Assembly (NCBI GenBank): GCA_039621445.1
Contig: CP154954.1
Span: forward strand, 37,433,703 to 37,497,702
Direction: 5' to 3'
DNA: 64,000 nucleotides
Source of the DNA: Euglena gracilis
Taxonomy: Eukaryota
The notes below the pieces were generated by a model. It made no database searches and was not told where the DNA came from. It saw only the letters and a program-made list of their open reading frames with translations. Positions 1 through 13,100 of this stretch are shown here, one piece after another; the stretch's first letter is position 1; each line of letters starts with the position of its first letter. Both the position numbers and the translations under genes were made by a program.

Positions 1-5
1 TACAG

Positions 6-3000
6 GACCCATGTTACAACACCGATTGAAAAGGCATTTGAGGGGCACTCTGAACAATGAACACAGGCTCATGCTTGACGAAGTCACTGAATCGTACAAG
101 GAGATCTTTTACAGCCATTACACTGGCCAACTTCGGGACGTTCGGAAGTGTGCACACCTGAGGCTGTACGATGGGGTCTGTTCCCTTTCCACATCATTGT
201 GCATCAATCATCCATCTTGCAACTTGTGAAATTCTTGTGAAATTCGTGTGCAAAGAAATTCAGAAAGAATGGGAGGGGTGGGTTTTGGGGCTCCCCAGCG
301 AAATGCCAGAGGCGAAACGAGGGGGTTGGCTTCGTTTGGACCCCTTAATTTTAGGAAAAAGGAAAACAGAAGCCTCCACAAAAAAAAATGGGGGTTGCCA
401 GTTTTCCCTTGGAAAAGGCCTTTTTAGACTTTGGTGCCTTTAGAGAGATTTTCAGTCAAATGATCCATTTTCTGGAAGTGTTGGTCAGACGAAATGAACC
501 CTGGAGGCCCTCTATCGCCCCCCCATTCGCCTTTTTGGCTGCCGACACGCCTGGCCTGTGCTCCGGACCAAAACGTCCATTTTGGGCTCCAAATCAGGCA
601 TTTGCCACTCACAATCGGGTTAACAACCTGACCCGGCTTCTGTCAGGCCATAGGCCAGATCGGCCACCCGTGTGCTCCTCCTTTCATTGATTTTTGTTCA
701 GTTGGGGTGGGGGGTTGGACGTATGATTGGTGGTCGGCCCAACCACCAGTGGTCGCCAACAACCACCAAAAAATCCATCACCAAGATCCTGCAATGAGCC
801 CGATCTCGATCGTCTCTGGAACACGAATAAAATTTAAATGAAATACCACCCCCCCCCCCCTTTATTGTCCCCCCCCCTTTATTGTCCCTGGGCCCCGGCC
901 GACGGGGGTTTTTTTGGCCCGGCCAATGAAATTCCTTTGGTACCCCTTTATTGTCCCCCCCCCTTTATTGTCCGGTCGGGCCTCCTGGGGGCAGGTCGGT
1001 GGGACAATAAAGGGGGGGGGGGGTGGTAGTAAGATAAAATGTTCAGAGAACACCTCATTTTTCTGAAAAAAATTTGGACGTGAGTGATCTACACCATTCT
1101 AAAATAGTGTAGATCACGAATTTCACACGAAAATTCCCCCCCAAAAGGGTGGGGGGTTATCGAGATTTTGTTTTCCGACCCCCCCCCAAGTGGCCCGCTG
1201 GGTCCTGGCCAAAAGGGGGGTCATTTGGGGGGTTATGGCACATTCATAATGGTTTATCAAAAAAATTTGTTAGTTGTGGACGTTGTTGCAGAAACTTGGC
1301 ACCTTTTTGATGCCCACGTTTTGGCAACTCTGAGCCAAGTAACGTGACCCCCCCCCCCCTATATGTCACCCCCCCCAATTGTCGCCCCCCCCCCTTGGGG
1401 GGGGCGACAATTGGGGGGGTTACCCATGGACCCATGGACGGGTAGGGTAAATTGAGTAACCCCCCCCCTAATTGTCGCCAGGGGGGGTCAAAACGCTCCC
1501 GGGGGGGGGTGCCATTTAGGGGGGGGTCACGTTAGCTGGCGCGAGCCAGCGTTCTGGCAACTCTAGGCCAAATAGCTGGCACAAGGGGCCGAAGTTTCCA
1601 GGTTTAGCTGTAATGGGCGCCTGAATGGAGATCGACTGGCCAAAACCAAAACGGGTGCCTGAATGGAAATCGACTGGCCAAACAGATTCCGATTGCAGCC
1701 TTTTTGCCAGCCGGAGGCTGGACCCCCATGTTAGTGAATGAAAAAAGTGCGAACTTGGTCGGCCGTGGGCATCAGGCAGACATCAGGCTTGTTTGGGAAT
1801 CTCGGGCAGGTCTTGGGACCTGCTTGCAGTTTTCGGTCGCCGAACTTCTCGCTGTTGAGTGTCTTGAATTTCTACTGACTTAGACGGAATTCAGGCTGAC
1901 ATTGTTAAAGTCAGTCGATTTCCATTCAGGCGCCTGTTTAGGTCAGTCGATTTCCAAGACACTGAAATCTGTTGCTGGTCAGATTTGAAATTTTTAGTGA
2001 AATTTTCGACAATTAGGGGGTGTTTCCCCCGCTACCCCACCCTGAGCCCAATTCGGGTTCCAAAAAGTACAAAAAAGTTGCATTAATTAGGAATTTGCCA
2101 CTCAATTAGGAATCAAATACACGAAAAATTGGTCCCAAATTCCTAATTGGACCTATTTTCGGACCCAAATGGCACGCAAATTCCTAATTGGATCTAAAAT
2201 TAGAGGATAGGACGACGTCACACAAGTCACACATGACCTGCCGCGAAACCCATTTCCCCCCCGCGACCCCCCCCCGCAACCCCAACACCCCCTAGGATTT
2301 CCACTTTTTTTTCGCTGGAAGCGTTTTGGACGAGACAAAGACAAAATTTTGCAGCCAGATGAACACAGCTGGCTGATTGTCATTGTCAGTGTCAATTGTC
2401 ATTGTTGGTCGTCTGATAAGACAAGGTTTCGATCGGGGGGTACTTGTCTGTTATCGCATGACGGACCCCCCCCTTTTGGTTATCGCACGACGCCCTTTAA
2501 ACGGTCAGAGACCCATATGTTGGGGCCCATCTTGGCCATTTGGGTGGGGGGCTCCCAGCCTGAATTTGGGCTGCTGGCTGGATTTGAGCTGCTTGCTGGC
2601 TGGAGCTAGGGTACCCTCCGGCTTCAGAAATTCCCTGTTCACTAAAACAGAACTAAAAATGGCATAAATATGTAAAATGATTCAAAATATGAGTTTGCGG
2701 GTGCAAGGGGATGCCCAAAACACACCGGTTCGGGCGTGAACTTGGTGCCTGGGACACAGTTTTTGAAACCGTCTATTGGGGGCTCTGGGTTTACGCCCAA
2801 ACCGGTGTCTGTGGATGCACGGTGTTCTGGTGCTTGTTTTTTCAAAAATTTTTATTGTACAATGCATTCGTGGCAGCTCGTTTATAAACGAGTCAAACAA
2901 AAACCCGGTTTCTTTTTCAAAATTTCAATTTTCAGTTTTTTCCCTTGCTGAGGCTCATTGCGGGAAATTGGCGATGGACTTTTTGGTGGTCGCTAGCAAC

Positions 3001-4103
3001 TAGTCGCAAGCGACCAAGTCTACTGACCATTGGTGGTCGGGCCGACGGCGCCGAGCGAGGGTCCCCCAATGTGTATTAACCCTAGTTGGGCGCCTCTTTG
3101 GGTTCGCTGGGTCCCCTGCAGACACAAATTTAACAATGTTGAGGGGATGGGATGGGACAGTTAGGGATGGAAACTTGACCCTAACCCTACCAGGGTGTGA
3201 CGTAGAGCTGAGCTCTTTGGGGGACCATTCCGGCCCGGCCGGCGAAAAACGCTCATTTTCAGCTCAAAAACATGTTTTCCGGGTCCGGGAGGCCAAAAAA
3301 CATGGTTTTGGACGAAAAAAAAATTTTCTATTTTTTTCGACTTTTTTGGCCCGGTTTTGGCCCAAAATCAATGGGTTGGCGGCCCAAAAAGGGGCCCTGG
3401 CGGGTCGAAAAACGCTCATTTTCAGCTCAAAAACACTTTTTCCGGGTCCGGGAGGCCAAAAAACATGGTTTTGGGCGAAAAAACTTTTTTCGATTTTTTT
3501 CGACTTTTTTGACCCGGTTTTGGCCCAAAGTCAATGGGTTGGCGAACCAAAACGGGGCGCCGGCGGGTCGAAAAACGCTCGTTTTCGGCCCAAAAACACT
3601 TTTTCCGGGTCCGGGAGGCCCAAAAACATGGTTTTGGGCGAAAAAAAAATTTTCGATTTTTTTTGACTTTTTTGGCCCGAAAACGGCTAAGTCGGACAGT
3701 GGGAAAAGTGTACAAAACGGCCATTTGGACCGAAAAACGGCCGTATCTCGGGCTAGGCGGGGAGTTGGCCCAAACTGCGCATACCGGTGGATAGGGCGTC
3801 CCAAAGTTGTGGAATGAGGTACTCTTTAGTTTTTCTCAACTCCCCGGCGTTTTCGAGATATTTTGAATTTTTCGATTTTTTGACCCCAAAAATGACCCCT
3901 TTTGCCGGTCCAACAAAATTTTTTTGGAAAAAAAACGGTACGCAACTTTTTTGCTCCGGCCAGATCTCCGGCCTGGCGCGGAGTTGCGGGCAACCTAAGG
4001 GCTCTGGACAAACTAGGGACCGTCTCCTAACCTATAGGCTATTAACCTTTCGGGTCCCGAAATCCAATCACATCGATAATCCTCGGGGGCCCGAGCCTAC
4101 TCA

Positions 4104-4142
<39 letters not shown>

Positions 4143-7100
4143 GGGGGGGGGGGGGGTCGGGGGGGGGTTTCGGGGGGGTGGTAAGCTTCGCTCTTACTCT
4201 AAAGAGATAAGAGCTCAGCGACTCCTTTAAATAACGTCATCAACTTTTCAAGTTCTGAATTGCAGCGGGCTTTGGCCTTCGGCCGATGCGCGGCCTTCGG
4301 CCAGGCGGCCTTTGGGGCGCATGGCGGTAGACTGGGGGGGGGGGGTAGTCGGTCAACTAATGGTCGGTAGCTAGTTGGCGAGACGGGGTGGGGGGTATTG
4401 GGTAGTTGGCCGACTGGTTGGTCTGAATTGCAGCGGCCTTCGGCCGCTGCGGCGGCCCTCGGCCGCTGCGCGGCCTTCTGCCAGGAGGCCTTCGTGGCGC
4501 ATGGCAGTAGACTGAGGGGTGGGGTGAAAGTCGACCGACTAATGGTCGGTAGCTAGTCGGCGAGATGGGGTGGGGGGGTATTGGGTAGTCTGACTACCCA
4601 CTCTAATGTACTAACAGGTCAGTACCGCCGACATTTAAGTCCCCCTGAAGAAAATCCCATGAAAACAAGTCGGTGGCTGGTCAGTGGTCATAAACATGGT
4701 CTGTGGCCTGGCGAGCCCAAATCACCCGGAAATGGTCCGGATGGGCCCAATTAAGTATCTTACACCAACATAAACACCCCCAGATGGAAATCTTTGGTCG
4801 GTGGGGGGTCGGTGGGCCCTTGATGGGGGCCCGGAGGGGTAAAAAAAACAATGATGAAACAGGGACTACATGAAAATCCTTTAGAAATGCAAGCATTCTG
4901 CATCACGAGAGGCAGGAAACTCCTCCCTCCACCCCTATCCGAACCTCAAATAACAAAATCCCTTCTGAGTTGGCAACATACTCGGGGGCTAAGTTGTTTT
5001 TGTGGCTCACTTTGGCATAGGCGGGGGGGGGGGGCTCCGCCCCCGCGCACCCCCCAGCAACCCAACCCCAAAGGGGAAGCCAGCAGAGAGGGACCCACCC
5101 GCGAGGCAGAGGACCGCCCAAACCAACCCCGGACAGGGCATGGAGCGCAGGTACCAGTATGTAAGGAACTACTGGTACCCAGCAGCACACTACCCACCCG
5201 CCACCCGCCCTGAGGCCGAGACTTGGTGACCCGGGTTTACCTAAGCCGCGGGACCATGAGGCCACATTGGAATTTTTCAAGCCATGGCGTTGTGCCTGCG
5301 CCATGCATCCCCCACACACAAAAGTGGGAAGAGGGCAGGAGGCAAGAGCAGCACTGGGGCGCAAGGGTGTAGACCCACCCACGGGAACCACACCAACCAC
5401 ACAAGGTGAGTGTATGTCCCTACAGCGCTGGAATTACACCAGAGTTACTCACCCGGCCAGGGGGAGCAACAAAAGAGGACTGGTGTAAGGGGTCCCTGGC
5501 CACTCACCACGCAGCAAACTGGGCCAGAAGCGAAGTTAGCGCCGGCCATAAACAGACAAGCAGCCTTAGTGCAACTAAGGGGGGGCCCCGCCCCCCCCCC
5601 CCCCCCCCCGCACCCCCCCCCCGGCGCAAGGCGGTAGACTGGGGGGGGGGGGAGTGGGTAGTCGGCCGACTACCCAATTGGTCCACCGACTAGGCCTAGT
5701 CGGTAGCTAGTCGGCGAGACAGGGGGGGGGTAGTGGGTAGTCGGCCAACTAGTCGGCCGACTACCCACTCTAATGCACTAACGGGTCAAAACCGCCGACT
5801 TTTAAGCCCCCCCCATGAACAAAATCCAGTGCAAACTAGTCGGTGTCTAGTCGGCGGTCATAAAAATGGTCTGTGGCGGGCCCAAATCACCCGGAAATGG
5901 TCCGGATGGGTCCAAATAAGTGTCTTACGCCTAAATAAACACCCCCAAATGGAAATCTTTGGTCAGTGGGGGGTCGGTGGGCCCTACATGGGGGTCCGGA
6001 GGGGTAAAAAACCAATGATGAAACAGGGATTACATTAAAATCCTTTACAAACGCAATCTGCAATCTGCATTCTGCATCACGAGAGGCAGAAAACTCCCCC
6101 CTCCACCCCAATCCGAGCCTCAAATAACAAAATCCCTTCTGTGTTGGCAACATACTCGGGGGCTAAGTCGTTTTTGTGGCTCACTTTGGCATAGGCGGGG
6201 GGGGGGGGGGCTCCGCCCCCCCCCCACCCCCCCCCCTCAATTAAAAAAATCCCTTCTGTGTTGGCAACATACTCGGGGGCTAAGTCGTTTTTGTGGCTCA
6301 CTTTGGCATAGGCGGGGGGGGGGGCTCCGGGGGGCTCCAAATAACAAAATCCCTTCTATGTTGGCAACAGACTTGGAGGGATAAGACCCTTTTTTTGTGC
6401 AAATTTTGACTTATATTGAAAATTCAATGGGGAGAGGTGCACTTTTGTCAAAAGTGGCCCAAAATGGACATTTTCCCCCAATTTTTTTTGCATATTCACC
6501 CCCGATTGGGGGGTTCTGGGGCCATTTGGGTGGGTTTTGACTGGTGTTGAGGTGATTTAGACAAAAAATTTTCCCAGGGGGGGGGGGCTTAAAAGTCGGC
6601 GGTTTTGACCCGTTAGTACGTTAGAGTGGGTAGTCGGCCGACTAGTCGGCCGACTACCCAATTGGTCCGCCGACTAGTCGGCCGACCAATTAGTCGGCCG
6701 ACTACCCAATTGGTCGGCCGACTAGTCGGCCGACTACCCACTACCCCCCCCCCCCAGTCTACCGTTTGGCACTCCCCCCCCCCCTCAAATAACAAAATCC
6801 CCTCTATGTTGGTAACATATTTGGAGGGCTAAATCCTTTTTTTTTTTTTTTTTGCAAATATATTGAAAATCCGATGGGGAGAGGTGTTCTTTTGCCAAAA
6901 GAGGCCCAAAATGGGCATTTCCCCCCCCCAAGTTTTTGCATATTCACCCCCGATTGGGGGGTTCTGGAGCCATTTGGGTGGGTTTTGACTGGTGTTGAGG
7001 TGATTTAGACAAAAAATTTTTCCCAGGGGGGGGCTTAAAAGTCGGCGGTTTTGACCCGTTAGTACATTAGAGTGGGTAGTCGGCCGACTAGTCGGCCGAC

Positions 7101-10100
7101 TACCCAATTGGTCCGCCGACTAGTCGGCCGACTACCCAATTGGTCGGCCGACTAGTCGGCCGACTACCCACTACCCCCCCCCCAGTCTACCGTTTGGCAC
7201 TCCCCCCCCTCAAATAACAAAATCCCCTCTATGTTGGTAACATATTTGGAGGGCTAAATCCTTTTTGTGCAAAATTTTGCAAATATATTGAAAATCCGAT
7301 GGGGAGAGGTGTTCTTTTGCCAAAAGAGGCCCAAAATGGGCATTCCCCCCCCCCCAAGTTTTTGCATATTCACCCCCGATTGGGGGGTTCTGGAGCCATT
7401 TAAGTGGGTTTTGACTGGTATTGGGGTGATTTGGACAAAAGTTTTTTTTTCAGGGGGGGGCTTAAATTTCCAGAAAGGGGGGGGTAGTGCAAAAAAAAGG
7501 AGGTCGGGCCGACCTCCCTGGTCGGGCCGACCTCCACAGCGACCACCACCGGAAATCCGCTCGGGGCCACCTTAGCCTCTGAGGAGCCTCTGCGGAGGCC
7601 TCCGCGGAGGCTGGTTACCTTGGAGCCTCCGAGGAGGCTCCGCGGAGGTAACCACTGTTGTACACAGGCCATATCTGAAAATAAAAAATAAGAAAAAATT
7701 TTTACGGGGTTGACGCCATATCTCCCTCCACACCCCTTACCCCTGCCCCCACACCACTGCCCAGAGGAAGAGGATTTTTGTTTTGATTTTTTATCCCCCA
7801 TCTCCACAAAAAAAGCATTTACCCCCCATTTTTGCTGTATATCCCCCAAATTTTTTGCCTTTTCCGTATATTTACCCCCCCCCCCTTTATTTGCCCCCCC
7901 CCCTTAATTGAGCATTTGGGTCCGGGGAAAAATTTTTTTTTTCATGCGCCGAAGGCGCCGAAAATTTTTTTTGCCCTATTTCTATTTTGACCCCCCCCCT
8001 TATTTGACCCTCCCTTATTTGAGCATTTGGGGGGTGCTTTGGCCCGTGGGTGTGCTCAAATAAAGGGGGGGGGTGGTACGCCATGTCCGCCAAACTGGTT
8101 GAAAACCATTCATCCATTTGCCACAAAAACGCCATGTCCGCCTGATTTTGCTTTTTACCGTTTACCCGTTTGCTATTTACGCCATGTCCGCCAAACCTTT
8201 TCCACACAAAAGGATGTTGTTATTGGGGAGCGGGGGAGGGGGGGGAGGGGGCCGCAGGCCCCATCCCCCCGCCCCCCTCCCCCTGGGCACAGCCAAATGG
8301 ACACCACTTTGGGTTTCACCTGACTTTTTTTTGTGTAACATCACATCCATTTTGCTACCATCCCCCCCCCCCCACATGACTGTTGGTTCACCTGGTTGGT
8401 CAGTGCAATCCAGGATTAAAAGTTGAGGCAAATCCCAGTGGTATGGCTCCGTGCGGAATCCTGGCCATGCTACTTCTGGAGGTCGGGCCGACCTAGGTCG
8501 GGACCATTGGCCATGGCTTATCGACCTCCACTGTACTGCAATACCCCCCCTTTTTGGAAATTTAAGCCCCTTATTTCAATTTGAAATGAACGTAAACCCA
8601 TCCGAATGTCCTTAGAAACGCCAAAAAATGTCCCAAATTCAAAAAAAAATTGTGAAAAATGGCTAAATCAGGTGAAATCCATGGCCAATGACAAAAATTC
8701 CTTTGGTGTGCAATGCCCAAACCCTAACCCTACCCCTGACCCTAACCCTGACCCTGACCCTAACCCTAACCCAGCTCTTTCATCCCATATTGAAAAAAAA
8801 TTGAAAAACGCGAACTTAGTCGGCCTACAGCCTCCTCCGGGGGGGCTCCCCCCCCCCCCGGATCCCCCCCGCCTAAAATAGCAAAATCCCCTTGTGTGTG
8901 CAAGGCAAGGATGGCCAAAACAAGTATCTTCTTTGAGGCCAGAAAGTTTTTTGATGTTTGTAGCCGGCTGTTCAGAAACGTGATAAATTGGCCCCTACAA
9001 GGTACCAGCACCCCAAAGAGCCGCCCAATTAGGATTAATACACATGGGGGGACCCTCGCTCGGCGCCTTCGGCGCCTTGCTCGGGTCCCCCCATGTTTTT
9101 AACCCTAGTTGGGCGGCTCTTTGGGTTCGCTGGGTACCTTGTAGAGACCAATCTAACAACGTTGAGCGGGAAATGTTCTGCTGTTTGGATTAGAATCGTA
9201 ACCCTAACCCTACTCCTTCAAATGACATCAGAAATTCTTTTTTACCACAGGTTGATGCCATCAGGAATTCTTTTTGTGCTAAAATTGCGCTTTTTATGCT
9301 CCACAGGGTTTGGCCAAGGATTTGGATCAGGCTTGCGCTTAGTCGGGTGCCTGCCCCACGGGGGGGGGGGGTGCTAGGGGCAGGCACCCCATAGCACCCG
9401 GTCCGACCCCCCCCCTGGGGGGGTGTGGTTTTGGGGGGTGCCTGCCCCTAGCAGGCACCCCCCTCCGACCCCGGCGCCGAAGGCGCCGGGGGCCCGGAAA
9501 AGGCCATTTTCAATGAAAATTTTTTTGGGTCCGACCCGGACCCCTATCCCCCCCGGGGGGGGTGTGCCTGCTAGGGGCAGGCACCCTATAGCACCCACCC
9601 CCCCCCCCCGGTCGGTAAGCACAAGCATGGTTTGGATGCTTTTGAAAAGGAAAACCATTGAGGTCGTTTCTATTGACCATGTGGTCGGCCTGACCTCCAA
9701 TATGGTCGGTAACCCAAACAGGTCGGGCCGACCAGGTCGGCCCGACCTATAGTCAAAAGTCCTTTAAAAACGTGTTCAGCCCGCCAAATGCCTGCCCTGA
9801 AATTCGTGGTCATGAACACGTTTTCAATGAGGGCATTTGTGGCAATGACACGTTTTCAGTGAAGGCATCTGTGTTCAGGCACGTTTTCAATGAGGGCATT
9901 TGTTGCAATGACACGTTTTCAGTGAAGGCATCTGTGTTCAGGCACGTTTTCAGTGAGGGCATCTGTGGCAACCCCCAGCAAGAAACGAAAATCGCTATCA
10001 TGCAAAATCGGCGTGCAGTTGAGAGGCCGGGTGGTCCCGAGCGACGGCATTCACGTATGTCTGAAAAGAGGTTGCCGAACGATTCCCTGAAACGAACAAA

Positions 10101-13100
10101 GTTCCCGACTGCTGCCCACGTTGAGCCACACATTGTTCGATGACGCTCGCCTCATCGAACAACAGGCTGGGTTCCAGCTCCCATCCCGTCCAGGCAACAA
10201 AGAAAGCATCCAGCTCAGGATAAGAGGCTTGCCGATGTTGACACAGTTTGGCGAACTCCAAACAGTTGGCAACAGCAGCAAGCTCTGCACCCACGGAGCC
10301 GGACTTTTTCTTTGTGTTGCCCTGTGCCAGCAAGGTGCCATGAAGGGGGTCAACCTTCGGCTTCTTGGCATCTTGCTGGTATACCGCGAGAGCAGCCAGG
10401 AACAGTTCCGTCCTAGGGGGTGGTGGCAAAAGACCATTCACAAAGTTTGCCGTGCGTTTGGCCACATTGGCAGGGCTGCGGGAAAAAAGAAAAAAGAAAA
10501 AAGGGGGGGGTGACACGTTTTCAGTGAGGGCATTTGTGGCAATTAGACGTTTTCAGTGAAGGCATCTGTGTTCAGGCACTTTTTCAATGAGGGCGCCGTT
10601 TTTTGGGTCCGAATTTCACAAATTCGCGTTTTTGATCCCTTGCGCAGGGGCAGGGAGATATTCCGGTCCGGAATAAACCGGAATAAACCGGAATAGCGAA
10701 AACCGGAATAAACCGGAATAAACCGGAATAACCGGAATAAAAGTGCCAGCCAATGGCTTGAAAATTCTGCAAGACACAAAGACAATGAAGGTGAAGTTTG
10801 ATATATTTTCAGGTTTCAAAACCACAAGAGCAACAAAAGAGCGCAAGCATAGCACAATCGGCATTTGATATCAAGAGCACACCTTCACTTTGCCTGTTTC
10901 TTCCCCTGGTTGAATGCATTTTTTTTTGTTTGGATTTTATCCCCACTTGTGGGGCTGCACTTGGTGAATGTTTGTCCCTGAGTTCTTTCCAAAGGGACAT
11001 GAACATGAACATGAAACATGAAACATGAACATGAACATGAAATTCCTTTTTTTCAGCTGCCATGTTCCCATTGATTGAAAGCTCTTCTCAAGGGCTTTCA
11101 GCAGATGGCCTTAGATTTCTGCCATGCTGTATGGTATTCTATTTCCCCAAAATTGGCCGAATGGAAATTGTTGTACAAAAAAACCCAATTTCTGGCGGAA
11201 GACCCCCCAAAAACTGCTCAGATGTGGTTACCACATGACTACAAACCATTTTGGGCACTTTTGGCAGTTTTGATTTTGGGTCCTCCAGACGCCAGCTTCA
11301 AGCCCGAACCGGCGTCACAGACGCCGGTTCGGGTGTGAAGCCGGAGCCCCCAGACATGGTTTCAAAGCTAAGTGCGAGTTAGGCCGCCTAAGACGGCAGG
11401 ACAATTTTTGGGAAGGAAAAAAGACAGCGGTGCCAGGGACCCGCCTCAAGAGAAAACCCCAAGGACCAATTTTCATCGGTTTGTTTTTCCCAAAAAGGCA
11501 GGGGGTCTGCTGGCAGGGGGTCTGCTGCGATGTGATGTGATGATCCGCATCACCAAGTGCGAAGTGGCGGGGCAACCAAGGAAAGCAGCCCCATTCCTGC
11601 ATCCCGGGTGAGCGCCTCGGCCCAATTGTACTTCGAAAAAATCCTAAGTCCATTCAGACAGGAATTGACCGGAATAAACCGGAATAAATTCCGGAATAAA
11701 CCGGAATAACCCGGAATAAACCGGAATAAAACACCGGAATAAAATTTTCGGCCGACCGGAATATCTCCCTGCCCCTGCCTTGCATGAATCATGACCACGA
11801 ATTTCAGGGCAGGCATTTGGCGGGCTCTGAACACGTTTTTAAACAAATTGTGGCTGAGCCCAGATTTCAGCCTGAAAACGTGTTCAGGGGGCCCCCTTCG
11901 GGGGCCCCCTGGCTGAACAGGATCAGGTGCTATGGGGGGTGCCTGCCCCTAGCACACCCCCCTGTGGGGTAGGCACCAGGGGGTTTTTTTAAGACCGGGG
12001 GGAGGGGGATCGGCACCCACCGGGTCTACCGCAAAAGTGGAATCCTAACTCCCCGGGCTCCAATAACCAGCCTCCGCGGAGGCTCCCGGAGGCTAAGGTA
12101 TCCAGCCTCCTCGGAGGCTCAAGGTAACCAGCCTCCGCGGAGGCTCCGAGGAGGTTCCTCGGAAGCTAGGGTAACCAGTTTTGCAGGAGCATGTTGAAAC
12201 ATTCTTCAATGTCAAACACGGTGACTGCACTCAGTGGCAGATCATCCGCTGCCCATTTGGACAGAGGGGAAAACAATCCACGGAGTAATTCACGGACTAA
12301 ATTCCCAGACTAACAGACGTAAAAAAAAATCACAGACTTTGGGAGGCAACTTAGAGTTTAAACCAAACCGAAAATGAATTTACTCAGCCAGAATAAATTC
12401 AGAATGACCTAAATTATCCAGAGGCCAAAATTGTACCCGAGATTGTGATACCACTGCCCCCCGGCCAGACAATTGCTTAAGCGCTGTCCCCCCCCCCCGG
12501 GGGGGTGGGTGACTGGTTTTTTCAGAGTGACTGACTGGTTTTGGGCCCGGACCCCCTCCCCCCCCCCCCCGGGGGGGTTGGCCAGGAGTGGGCAAAAGTG
12601 GCTTGAGTGACCCCGGCGCCGAAGGCGCCGGAAAATTTTTTTTGGCCTAAAATGGCCCAAAGTGACTGGAAAGTGGCCGTTTTTCTGAGTGGCCGACCCC
12701 CCCGGGGGGGGGGTAGTGACTGGCTGGTTTTTTGAAAATGAGTGACTGACTGGTTTTTAAAAAAAGTGGAGTGACCACCCCTCCCCCCCCCCCCGGGGGT
12801 CGGTAAGCAATTGTATGCCCCCGGCCCTGGGCGGAATATTGGCCATGCTAGTTCTGGAGGTCGGGCCGACCTCTGGAGGTCGACAGAAATGGCCACTGTA
12901 CCGCATTACCCCCCCCCCTTTTTCTATACACAAATTGTGGCTGAGCCCAGATTTCAGCCTGAAAACGTGACCCGGGGGGGAAGGGTTTTGGGGGGTGCAT
13001 GCTCATAGCAGGCACCCCCCTCCGACCCTGGCGCCGGGGGCCCGGAAACGGACATTTTGAATGAAAATTTTCTGGGTCCCCCCCCCCCCCCCCCGGAGGT

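Noticed and set aside
5490-5550. HDV-like ribozyme (L1Tc/ingi-type signature) in the retroposon
   Set aside because: The similarity is superficial (CCCTGGC..TAGCGCC) and I could not build the nested double pseudoknot.
8719-8772. True chromosome end
   Set aside because: The tract is short, degenerate and intronic.
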